Source: Takakia lepidozioides (lineage: Eukaryota; Plantae; Bryophyta). From it: a stretch of DNA of 64,000 bases. Numbering within the stretch: the stretch's first letter is position 1; the number at the start of each line of letters is the position of its first letter. Below the pieces are notes generated by a model. The model had not been told where the DNA came from. It saw nothing but the letters and a program-made list of their open reading frames with translations, and made no database searches. Location: NCBI GenBank assembly GCA_030704615.1, contig CM060732.1, positions 62,620,001 through 62,684,000 on the forward strand. Reading direction: 5' to 3'. Position numbers and translations under genes: made by a program. Shown here piece by piece: positions 38,040-50,348 of this stretch.

Positions 38040-38995
38040 TGTCGTGCACCTAAGCATCGTGCCACAACATACATCGTTTTCAACCACACAATCTAAGCCC
38101 ACAATCCTAGAAAGCTATACCACAATGATAATGGAAGTGAACACACAATGGAAACACTCCACTCATGAATCCACTCAATCACATAAACTAAGTCAAGCCA
38201 AAGGCACCTTTGCTAAAGGAATCCACCCTACAAAGCCCTCACCACATTCCCTCTCAATACCTAGAGCTATGGAGGTGGGAGAGGCTCATGGAGGCTGAAC
38301 TACAAGAAGATGAACCTCCTCCATCCTCACAAGGGGAAAACCTATCCCCATGTCCCAAGTGAGGCTCGACACCTTAGTTGGCATGTGAGACCCAATGAAG
38401 TCCCAACACACAAAATATAAATATAAATATCTAAAATGTCCTAGTTAACTAGAAGTAGGTAATTCTAGATAACCATGACTAAAACCATGACAGCTGTCGT
38501 GCACCTAAGCATCGTGCCACGACATACATCGCTGTCCACCACACAATCTAAGCACATAATCCTAGAAAGCTATACCACAATCGCCCCCTTAGCTAGTGTT
38601 TAGGTCCCTCTAACACCAGATAGCTGACAAGTATCCATCCCAATAAGATCATCGTTTGGTCATCAATCGCCCAAGTCCCAGTATCTGAAGTCAATAGAGG
38701 CCGGGTGCAAAAGTAACCCTATCGTTACTCGCATTTCTGCAATCCATGGCTTCAATTGGGTGTCCATGGCATTGACCTCCCGTTAGCTAGACCTTGGATC
38801 ACTAGTCAACCTCGCCACTGTCATGCCCTACTACCTCTATCCAAGGCATCGCGGACACAACCATTTTCCACTAAGAACCTCCTCAAGTGCGGTATCAAGC
38901 ATCTCATGTGCCACCCCCTTGAGCATTTGTCACACACTAACATGGTCGCGGCACCACCAGCATGCCTACATAGCAGGCAACGCAACCCCCTCCCT
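38040..38995 (-). mobile_element. 3' remnant of a related PHD-bearing Gypsy element with duplicated 85-bp LTR ends
   Basis: 85-bp TG...CA repeat at 38040-38124 and 38495-38579. PPT GGGGGCGAT at 38580-38588. 3' UTR similar to 7087-7350. PHD CLLCRHAGGAATMLVCDKCSRGWHMRCL at ~38880-38990. Confidence 0.85.
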
Positions 38996-39729
38996 CCCTC
39001 CCCAACAGACCACACATGGGCAAAATTCATCCAGCAACATAGAAATTGTACATGAATGAGCTCTATAAACACATACAATATATAATATATATTGAACACA
39101 TGTATGCAACGTGGGATACAATACAATATATATTCTTTGTAGGTCTTTCACCCTAAAGAACCATTATTCCTTGAGCGAATCCTATGTGATATGAGGTATT
39201 TGTAGTTGGCTCTTATCTTGTGGGCAAATGACTAAATGGTTCCAGAGGTTCTGGCCATTCTAGAGCTGACATGATCAAATGAATGTGTGGCTTGTTGTCA
39301 AAAAAACTTACATTTAATAAAATCTAAATTGATTTTGCTTTCTGGTGGCTTGTGGTCGAGCAGGTAATTGTAGCATGAAATGGGCTTGTGATATCAGAGA
39401 ACAGTACCTTCTCAGGGGATCAATGCACAATGTTAGATGTATTCAACCATTTGTTGTTGTGGCAGATGTACATGACATACGAAACAGCTCATTTCTCAGG
39501 GGAATTGCTGATTGGCTACAATTGGAGATCGCATTTGTCCTATTGTGGCAATAAGTCTTGTTCGTACAATTTTATTCTCTTGGTTTCCATCCAGACCACC
39601 AGACTCTACCCAAAGTGCACTGATTTGCACACAAGAGAGACCATCCCTCTCTCTTCACTCATACCTTTTCATGATGAACTAAAGTTGGAGCTCCCAACAG
39701 GCTGCGATGCACTCCCTCGCAGCTCCACT

Positions 39730-41480
39730 GTCCAGCTATTCCTCATCTACCCGCAACGGCTGATTTTGGGCCAGAAATACATGGGACTGATCATATCATC
39801 TCCAACCTGCAACGCAATGACGGCTATCTTACGCTAGCTTCCCATACGCAGCCCACATTCCTACAGCTCATCAACTCGGCCTGCAGCTGAAGAAGACTAG
39901 TGTAAGAAGTATGTCACCGACTCTTGCTCGTCACACCATGAAGCCATACTTGGGGATCTGAAATTGACTTGGTTATGCTCTGAGGCAAAGTTGGAGCGGA
40001 TGCGCAATGACACTCCGTACTTTGAGACTGCTTCTTGATACCCTATTGGAAAATGAAACAACTCATATTCGTCAATTTCAGATATGAACCACACTCAATT
40101 AGCATATGCAACATACATTGATTAGCAAAGATTCAACATGACTTATTCATATACTGGCATTGAACCAACCAAGTAACTACATAGTTTCCATAGCTTATAT
40201 AGCAAAACTGTTCGTGTAAAGACTACAGTGAATTTGTCACAAAACTGAAGAGAATGATCTATTTGACCATGTTAAGAAGATACCAACAAATATTGTTTCT
40301 GCCTTCTTGTCGTGAGCCACAGTAGCCCACAAAACAAAATGTGAAGCTCCGTCAATGTCAGCGTACACTCGGACACCAAACATACATAATTTATCATAGG
40401 CTGTAAGATAATCAAGGAATTTGGAGTCAAGGAACTGGCTCTACTAAAGAAGTTTATCCTGTATTATATATATATATATATATATATATCATATTGCACC
40501 TCTACAAACAGCCAACAACACTGTTGCATTGCCTCAAGATGAATTCTAACAATAATTCCTCAATTGCACTCTAGCCTCACTAGGAACTAGAATCTGTCTA
40601 TATGTGGCTGGAAAGAAGTTGTACGCAATTGAGTTATTCGGTAGCCCCTAGCACATTTTCTGAAGGGGAGCTAATTATTAGAATATTCAGATTCAGGTGA
40701 CGTTACTTATTTCTTGCCCATATGTGATGGGCAAGGAGATGTTCGTTTTGAGCTATAAATATTGGGATACTTGTTATTGAGTGCAAAGAGGTTATTACAC
40801 TTGGGAAAAAGCTTGACACAACTTGTATGCAACGTGGAAGAATAAATATGAAACTCATAATACCTGCAACCTTTGCTGAGCCAGACAGTACACATTCTTC
40901 CTCGACAGACCGGAAAGACTTCATTTTAAGTTTTTGCAGTTGGTAATGACATATTAAACTCAAAACTGAATCTATATTCAATCAGCTTGCAAGAATTCCT
41001 CTTCTATATACAATGGTATAATTTTCTATAATGCATTCAATTAGAGAACTCCTACAATCCATATGCCACAACGCCATGGGCATTGTGACATTATATTACA
41101 TCATCGCGTCCTCACAAGTGTCCATTCTCTATGTCGTCGTTCATAATGCTCTGGTGAAAGGATTTGAAGTGCTGCAACAACTTGGGGGCGAAAAACCCTC
41201 ACATTCTGAGCGCGCAAGGCTGCTCTCACTTGGCGCACTCCCCAATTGACTCCATTTCGGTTTGTTGGTAGCAACTCTTCTATCTTATGACACAACTCTT
41301 CGACTATAAATTTGTGGAACACGCCAAATGCTTCACCAGTAGCCCTACTCATCAATCAACTGTCATACATCGCTCATCGACAGAGCCTGGGCAATGTCTT
41401 TAAGCGTCATCCCATCTGCCAACATATTCTCCACATAAGAAACCATGTTATCTACTCTCCCAATATATATTGTCATACAA
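39730..41480 (-). pseudogene. Intron-containing integrase-core DDE transposase relic (IS3/IS481-related, IS3EU-like)
   Basis: Splicing at 41056/40400 and 40284/40042 (GT-AG, phase-compatible) gives ...WGVRQVRAALRAQNVRV..PEHYERRHREWTLVRTR*..VTMPMALWHMDSYDKLCMFGVRVYADIDGASHFVLWATVAHDKKAETIFVGYQEAVSKYGVSLRIRSNFASEH. HTH-like N-terminus (GMTLKDIAQAL). Confidence 0.75.
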
Positions 41481-41869
41481 TATATGTGTTTTACCAGTTC
41501 CAGCACCCCCGGTGAGAAACAAACAAATTGGTGAATCGGGATACAATTTTTTCCTATGCATAATATCATCAAAGATTAGTCTTTGTTCTTCATTTAATTG
41601 TCTAACTAAACTACGATATTAAGATTCGTCCATCATCATGGAATAGTCGGATTTTGTGAAAATGTCATCCTCCGACGTTTGCGACTTTTTATTATTTCAT
41701 CCAGTGGTTGACTGAATTACAAAATCGGATCGTAGATCATATTGTTCAGTGTTGATTATGTTTGTAATGGGGGATGAAACATGTAAATTATTCAACTCAC
41801 AATCCATGTTGTCATTCCAAATATTAGTTGAATGCGATTCATGATGTAGATTTTAAATCATCTACTTCC

Positions 41870-42260
41870 TCTATATTTGGAGTGTTTCGTGTTGAGAAAC
41901 TCTTTTGTTACAACAAATGATTTCAAATTCATCAGTTCATATCCCTCCATATAGGTTCAAAAGCATTCAACTTTTTGAACAAAAACAAGAGTTTCGTGTT
42001 GAGGAAATGATGCAGGTTTCCGAACAAAACCCCTGTCAGACAAGAGTTTCGTGAGTTCAAATGAGTTCAAATCCATTAGTTCATATCCTTCCATATTGTT
42101 TCAAAAGCATGGAGGTTTCTGAACAAAATCACTATCAGACAAGTGTTTCGTGTTGAGAAACTTTTTTGTCACGGCAAAGAGTTCATATCCCTGCATATTT
42201 GTTCAAAAATATGTAGTTTTTTTTAACACAATAACTGCCAGACTAGAGTTTCGTGGAGCA
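41870..42260. repeat. Degenerate tandem repeats upstream of the DDE relic
   Basis: AG(A/T)GTTTCGTG(TTGAG) recurs at ~41881, 41989, 42043, 42142 and 42246, with repeated AGTTCATATCCCT blocks. Confidence 0.65.
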
Positions 42261-42887
42261 GACAACGTTGCCACCTTTAATTGTATTCTTGCAGAATGAA
42301 TAATCTCCTCTCGAAATTGGAATGAGATTCACAGGCCATCGCGACCAGAAATCGTATGCAAGGTTGTGAGCCTTTCTATTTGTCCTCGGCTTCATTTAAT
42401 AGCATCCAAACCTACATCGGGCATCAATTTTTAGGGAACCTCACAAATTGCAACGTCAACATCAATGTTACAAATCTGGATGCATGGATATATGTATATA
42501 GATACAATATGTGGGATCATATCTGTATAGGTATATAGGGTTTGTAAGGTTAGTACTAACTCAACATCTTCAAGAAAACAATATTCTAGAGATAATCAAT
42601 GCGAATGTATAATTACCGTTGGTATAAAGTGTTATTGTTATTTCAGATGTATATATATAAAGAGAGATATTTTAGTGTAAATATTATTTATTAGGCAACC
42701 AACAAAATTTAATTTCAGCTCACCAATTTTAATGTTTATTTTCTTTGTGAATATTTGTATTTATATATTTAAGTTTAAAATATAGAAATATTTATTTACT
42801 TAGTTTTTATTAATCCCAATTAATTTATGTGAGTTTATATTCAACCAAGTAACATTCTTAGAAAAGCAAAACTAACTACAAGAAGAA

Positions 42888-43110
42888 CTGCGGGAAGAGG
42901 ATTTGAACGCCCGACCGCAAGGATGAAATCTATGTTTGTAACCAGTAAGTCCACAACAATCTCAACTATCAAATTATTTATAGAGCTGCCACGAGAATCT
43001 GAAAATTAAAAAGAACACAATCAATACTAAATACAGGTTTGCAGCCAGTGGGGGTTGAACTTCCAACCACAAGGGTGCGAGCTAAGCTACTAACCAATAT
43101 GTCCACGATG
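42888..43110 (-). repeat. Two degenerate tRNA-derived (A-box/B-box) units about 150 bp apart
   Basis: Minus strand GTGGACTTACTGGTT...GTTCAAATCC and GTGGACATATTGGTT...GTTCAACCCC. No intact cloverleaf. Confidence 0.5.
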
Positions 43111-46100
43111 ATTCATAACACACATTTGGCTATCTAATTATTTATAGAGGTACAACAGGGATCTAACTATTCCAGAGGCAAGACATTTCTCTCTTATTCT
43201 TGGCTTCCTTCCACTAACAGTCTGTCTGGGCAGTGATCCAACAGCTTTTCTGTAACTTAGTCTGAGTAGCAAGTCTTTTGTAGAGAAACTCCAGACTTTC
43301 CGGGTTTCAATTCACTCACTCGATCTCACATGCCAACATTGATCTTATGGTCAGAGTAGCACCTTCTACCCTGGATTCTTTCTCCATCTTTTAACTTGAA
43401 CATTATGCTGCAGTTTGAAATTAATTAACGGCTTGTAGGCTCAGTCATGATTACTGCACCGATTGAAACTTATACTTATTGCCTGAGGACCACCCAACGT
43501 TAATCAGAGATTCTGGAATAGAGTTTAAGATCCCAATTTACTTCATCAATTGGTCGACACTTCTCCATGAAAGACTATCTGCATACAGAGAAAAGGGGCA
43601 GAGAGAGAAGGGCATTATATATAGAGATGGGTGCGTACAGCAAACAACTTGTTAGCACCCAGTCTTCAAGTAATCACTGAATTGCAGTGCCATGGTCCTG
43701 CCCCGTCTCTCAGTGGGTTTTAGGGCCACCACTTTCTGCAACTATTCCATCAGCACAACATCGAATACCTGCACCTTTGCTATGCAAATACTCTCTATAG
43801 CACATCCAAAATATGATTATGAAGAGAAAACATTCTTCCCTTTGTTCAGCTTGTCCGATTTTGGCAAGACATCCCCCATCTAGCCACAGTCTCTGAAGTT
43901 TCTGTCCAATCACCACCACACTACGTCGCTGTGCAATATGTACACCTCCAAACTCACAGCATCATGAACAGAGGATCTGCAAAGTAGCCCTTGTTTCCTC
44001 GAATTCGCTTTGTCATATCCACCTGTCCCACAACCGCCCTGGAAATTCTCTGAGAAAGATTCTGCTTATAACACCTTCAGTTGTTGGTCTCTGATGAGAG
44101 GTGAAATGAGTTCTCTTTCAGTTTTGTCGAGGAATTCAATGCAATGTAACTTGTAGCAGCTGTTATGTTAACCAAATACTCCTCGTTTTGTAAGAGACAT
44201 TTTACGAGATCCAACAAACATGAAGGAAAACGGATGCTCGTTAAAAACGACGCCTTTGTTGTTTGGCAAGAGAGGCATCGCTCTCGTACGTGAGACACCT
44301 AGAAAATACGCGATGTAGAATACATGGTCGACGGATGAAAACTCCCTTATGTAAACCCAGGGTTAAAGGGGTCAAGGAATATTTGTCTGGAATATTTCTT
44401 GGGTGTCCTCATATCCCAGGGTAAAGAATCTTTCCTTGGGCTAGCGAATCTTTCCGAGGCTTTCTAAGCCCAGGCCACTGCAACCCCGGGACAGCAGGAA
44501 CGGACGGGCAACAGCCGAAATTTGTTCCCAATGAGTTCCCTGTATGGCCTGGGGTGCAGACCCTGGGCAGCGCCCTAGGCCAGCCCAAAACTCTCATTTT
44601 TATGGCGACGACCTTTTTGCTATTCCCTATATATTCTCCTACTAACTATGCTTTTGGTGAAAAAGCTACCTGGTGTTGGAAATATTTGGATCGATTAAGT
44701 ATTAGCCGCTAGCGATGGCCATTATCTAACGTAATCGGAATGGGGGAGTATTCCTGGGGTTTGTACCCCTAGATGAGCTACCATAGCCAAAGAAGACTTG
44801 CCACATGGTGAAATACGGCAACTATTCAAGTAAATTGAGAATAAAATCAAGGACAGAACTTAGTGGCGGGATCGTAGCATAAGAATCTTCTTGTGAGGGA
44901 CTATCATATGAATATTGAATAGAATATACCTACTTCCTTTCATCTCTCCTCCCCACCTCACGTCGAGGTTTCGCTCTAGTGTATAGAGTTTTCGGAGATG
45001 CAGCTCATAGGGGATTTGTTGTTGTATGTCTGGTGGGCGGGTGCATGCAGTGTGTGTACGTGCGTGGGATTTCACTGACATTGCTTCAGTTCTGCTCGGG
45101 TAAGTGGGCTTGCTGATGGTCCCATCTTCTAGGCGTAGCCTTGCATGCGTGATTTCATCGGTGAATAGCTTTGCCAAATCGTAATGTCTTCTCAGGTATA
45201 AATGGCACTTGTAGGTTCGTCAGTCACGTGTTCAGACATAGATTGCAGCCAATCTAACGACCAGACTGCAGTTCTATAATCGAGAGACATTCCTGGTCCT
45301 CCGCGGTGACGATAGAATCTTGCGGCCGATTACCTGTCTGCAACTCTATCTCCACCCTCTCTTGTGCAGAGGTTTGAGGTATGCCCTGGGAACAACTGGG
45401 AACTCGAAAGTGAATCAAACAGCTCTTCTTTCCATGTCCTTTTTACTATGACATCCGCGGGGTGGGACTTCCATTGCGAGGATCAGAAATGCTTAGCAGC
45501 ATACCTACATGAGCCGTTGACTCTTAGGTCTGAATCCCTTGCAGCAGTAACAGTTGTTTCAGGGCTGCTTGTGGATCGAGGGTCCCTCTCTCTTCCTTGT
45601 TTTCTCTTTTCCGTAAGCTCTTTGAGCTTTCCGCGGACGTTGTAGAGTACTATATCATTTCATTTTCATTTAAATCTCTTGTTGTTCTGCTTGCCACTAT
45701 TTCTTCTCTATTGCTCCCCTAATGCCACATAATACAGAGGGGGTGGAAATGTCGTCCAGGACCGCAACAGATGCATCAGACGAGAATGTATGGAACTTCA
45801 TGTCAGGCAAACTTGAAGCCAATCTTACTACACAACTGCAGTTCCATCGGGAGACACTCTTGGTTCTCCATGACGAGCAAGAATCTTGACCTCGGCCAAA
45901 AGTCTTAGCTCCCCTCTCAATATGTAAGGGCTTTGGGAAGGTGGGATCCGACAGTCTGCGGATAGAGACAGGTAGGTGGGACAACCTGCATTATGAGACC
46001 GCCGGTGGCCCGCATGCGCTAGAAACAACAAGGAAATCGACAGTGAAAAACATTTCTTCTTTGTCCTTCCTACGTTAAGAACCGTGGGAGATTCCATTGT

Positions 46101-48489
46101 CTACTCCAAGCTACCCAACCCCTCACAGATCATTACAAGAATCAGAAATGCTTAGCTGCAGATAATCTGCATGAGGCGTTGATATATTTGATCTAAATTA
46201 CTATTCTGATTCACACGAGGCATTGTAAATAGATCTAATCTGATTCACACTTCCTCATTGGTGGTGTTCTTATCCCTGACTCTGTTTCTCTGATCTCCAC
46301 AGGTGCCACTGGTGTATCGCTGCCACCATGGCCCGAACTTTCATCTGGATATTAAAGATATTTGTTACAGTGAAGGTTCAGATATTGGGGGAGCTATTCC
46401 AACATCGTTACAGCATAAGCGTGAGGCAACAACCAAACCGCCACTGGGACTGGATAAATAACAAGCAGGTCGAAAGCACTGCAGCTACATCAGCAATTAC
46501 TAAGGCATACATTGACCGATTTTGCCATGTAGCAACAGGGGCTACGGGGTTCCCATGTCGTGTTTCGCTTCTGCATGCTTTTCCTTCTTCTCGACCAGAC
46601 AGAGTAATTCTTTCATTCACTGAGCTAAACTTGGATGGGTGGACGCTTGAGTTTCCGCCTCGGGTAAGGTGGGATCCTGTGGACAGCCCTCACACAGGGG
46701 CCATTGTCGTCTCATCTTCCGTGACTTTCCCTGCGATCAGCTGTTACTCCCCTAACGGGGACCCGCCAGCAAACGAGGCTGATTTGATCAATATCTCCGA
46801 TGTGGACTTCCACGAACTCTTTCCAATTGAGCAGGACTTTCCGACCACCTAGCTGAGAGGGAAGAGATCGACTTGGCCTTATAAAGCTAAACGACCTCTA
46901 GCATTAGGCCTTAAGCCAAACTTGCTTCCAGCCCTCTTCCAGACTTGTCACTTGTTCCCATGACAGGAGCTGTAAGGTAGTATGCTCCTGTTGATTCGTC
47001 GATCTCAGTTGCTGTGACTACCTATGATATCGAGCATTCTCATTCTTTGGAGTCCCAGTATAATTATCCTGAACAATGTAGTAGCGTGACATGTGCGTGA
47101 CTTCCAGGGGATTTGATGCTCATTTGATGAATTCTGTATGATCATTCCTGTGAGGAGGTGGCTATTATGTCATCATCGGTAATTGGCTTGTACACTAGCT
47201 AACTTTTGCGTGTATCAATTGATGCATTGCTAAGACCGTAAGCTTCTTCTGTACGTTGATCCTTGGTAAGCTGCTCAGGAAGCATGTAACCTACTTCGGT
47301 GTTTTATGGTTCTCGTATAGGTGAGCTGTTTTGTTACTCATTACAAGCGTTTCGCTGTGTAGTTGGCATGGGATTAGCTGATTGTCTTTGGCCATATGGC
47401 AGAAGGTGGATAGGCTCTAGATAATTTATGCATGGCACTTGGGTATTGAGACATGATCACAGGTCTACATTGGTAGAGGATTGGTAGGAGGATTCTCTGT
47501 AGGCCAGAACGTTAATAATTAGTAGGATTTAGTAATATTCCCACCGCTGATGTGCAAATGTGACACATAATCCATGGAAGACTTCCCCGTTTCTTTCCCT
47601 CAACTCCGTATATCCTCTTCCAAAGAACGCCTGCACCTTCTTCTCCAAACAAATCTTCTGGCATCTGGTCGATCACAAGGCTACGGGGAGACCTATAACT
47701 GTTGTTGCTCTTGTGTTGAATTTTCACAAGAGAATCTCGTGGTCTTTGGCTCAATGCCGAGATGCAGGCGGGTACAACAGGTAGCAAACTGTTCTACTGT
47801 CAGCATTGGATTATTTGGTGAAAAGGATCATGGCCTAAACATGTTTCTCACCGTCCCTCTAGCATATTTTCAGGACAGCGTTTAATTGTCGAAGCAGAGG
47901 TTTCCATGGATGAAGATGAGCTTCATCCGGCAATAATATGATTTGGCTCAATCGAGATCCTCCACATTTGTAAACTGTTGATGAACCCAACAAGCTTGGG
48001 TCACAAATTCACAACTGCGAGTTGATCCTACCCATCCCAGTCATTTTGTCTCATTATGTCCTCTCTCGCAGTGGAAGCTTCGAAGCTCAGCGCTTCTTTT
48101 TTAGGCGAAATGGAGCCTAAAAGCGATAAAAAACAAAGGGCTGCGACAGCCCTATGTAAAATCCTGGGAGAAAAAAAATAAAAAATGCGCAAGAAAATAG
48201 GGGCGCGCATGGGCTGATGCCAGAAAGCCCTAGGGGAACATGCAAGTTGCGCCAGAAATACACGTTCCCCACAGCCCTACATCTAGCGGCTGTCGCCCCA
48301 TCTCGCGATCAACGGTAGAGATCTCGCCATGCAGCACGACCTGGACCGTTGGATCGCCAGGGTTTTGGCCGCAGCCAAGGGCGGGCCGTCGCCACTGCGC
48401 GCAGCCCTACGGAGCTTCACCATCGCAATCTCTCCTCGCAGCTTGCTTTCAAAATTTCTTTATACTGCAGTTTTTTTTAGTACCATATT

Positions 48490-48955
48490 GCTCTTTCACA
48501 TTGGGCTATGGTGCTACCTTGCTATTTGAAATTGAGGTCGTGATGTTTGCTGGCCCATTGTAGGACTTTAATTAATTAGTTTCAGATTTCAGATTGTGAG
48601 TGGGCTGTCCTGCGTCACTTGGTATCAATTTGTTCCTTCACCATCGTCAATGGTGCCACCTTGCTACTTGAAATTCAGGCTATGGTTGTTGCTGGCCATC
48701 TTTGGACTTCTTTGATTAATTATTTTAGATTTCAGATTGTGAGTGGGCTGCCATGCCTACATTGGTACGAGTTTGTTCCTTCAAATTGGACTATGGTGTT
48801 ATTTTGTTATTTGATATTGAGGCCATGATGCTTGCTGGCCTTGTTTAAGCCTTGATCAACAAATTTCAGATTTCAGATTTTAAATAGACTGTTATACCTA
48901 CATTGCTTCTTAACATTAGGCAATGGTGTCACTTTGTTACTTGAGATTAGGCTCT
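48490..48955. repeat. ~143-bp tandem repeat (~3.3 copies)
   Basis: Recurrent ATGGTG..ACCTTGCTA.TTGAAATT.AGG...TTGCTGGCC...AGATTTCAGATT. Confidence 0.85.
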
Positions 48956-49398
48956 AGTGCAAGCAAATGCACTTCGACTATGGCATTGTAGCCACATTGC
49001 AACAATATGTGGCCTCTTGTAGCCACTACTTTATGCCTCAATTTTTATTTGTATCGCCTATCCAATGCATACACAAAATACTCAAATCGCCATATTGCAT
49101 GCAAATGAAATAGCATGTAGCCAGTTGATTTTTTAGCTAAACATCTATGTCATCGCCACCTTCGCACTTAGCCTTCAAATTTTGTAGCCATCTACGCTTC
49201 TAAGCCAAAATGAAAAAAAAAGCCCTAGGTGCAAACAAACCTTGAAAGGGCAGAACATGTTTCAAAATCTGTACAAGAATGTGGTACAGTCAACCCTGGA
49301 TATATGTTACCTGCTTTTCTGTTTTGTCAGCCTTAATGTTATGAAATCTTTGCTCTGTAAAAATTTACACTTGAAAATGGCATGAGAGTTATTTGATA

Positions 49399-50348
49399 TC
49401 AATACATGAAGCGAGACGTTTGTTTTGTTTTGTTTTGTAGTGTCGTTGAGATCTCCCAAACCGTGGGCCCAGCGCGGGTGCTTGGTGCCATTGGAAAGCC
49501 CTCAATGAGGAGGGGTGCACCGGCTTGGTCTCATGATTTTTGGACCAACGGTGAGGGAGATGTGGAATTCCAAGTACTTTTGGTAGCTTGAAATTCACGA
49601 AAAAGAGCAAAAATGGCAAAGTGGGCATTCCTGGGACAATGGTTGGAGCCTCGAGGAGAGAGATATCAAAGGAAAGGTCTCCGGTTCAAATCTGGTCGTA
49701 GGCTCTGTGGAGAAAAAAACTTACTTAGATGACATTGGGCCGTTGGAAATTTGGGAAAAATAACAAAGTGGGCATTCCTGGGAGAATGGTTGGAACCTTG
49801 ACGGAAGAGACAACAAGGGAGAGATCTCCGGTTCAAATCTGGTCATAGGCTATGTGAGAAAAAAAATGATTAGATATGATTAAATCATTAGACTTAGATG
49901 ACTTAGATGAGAGTGGACACTTGGGCAAACAGCATAGGCTACCCTAGAGGTTGCACTTGGGCCTCACTTAGGAGACACACTAGGATACATATGAGATCTT
50001 GCACTTGGGCTTAGATGACATTGGGCATTTGGGCCAACGACACAAGCTACCCTAAAGGTCGCATTTGAACCTCGACATAGGAGACACACTTGAATATATA
50101 GGGGATGGCACATGGAGATATCAAGGGAAAGGTCTCCGGTTCAAATCTGGTCGTAGGCTCTGTGGAAAAAAAATGAGGATATGGTTTGTTTCATATATTG
50201 ATGCACTTGGACTTAGATGACACTAGACACTTGGGCCAACGGCAATGCTACCCTAGAGGTTGTATTTGGGCACTTTGATACATAGGGGATTGCACTTGGA
50301 CTTAGATGACACACTCGACACTTGGGCCAACGGCACAGGCTACCCTAG
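49399..50348 (+). mobile_element. Non-autonomous Helitron
   Basis: 5' TC after A, 3' hairpin (CTTGGGCCAACGGCACAGG) then CTAG before T, no TSD. Removing it restores TTATTTGATA|TGTGTTATG, which is uninterrupted in the homologous inverted segment at ~4102-4120. Confidence 0.9.

Noticed and set aside
49625-50165. Functional tRNA genes (also 42888-43110)
   Set aside because: Only A/B-box-like motifs are present. I could not fold an acceptor stem or anticodon arm.
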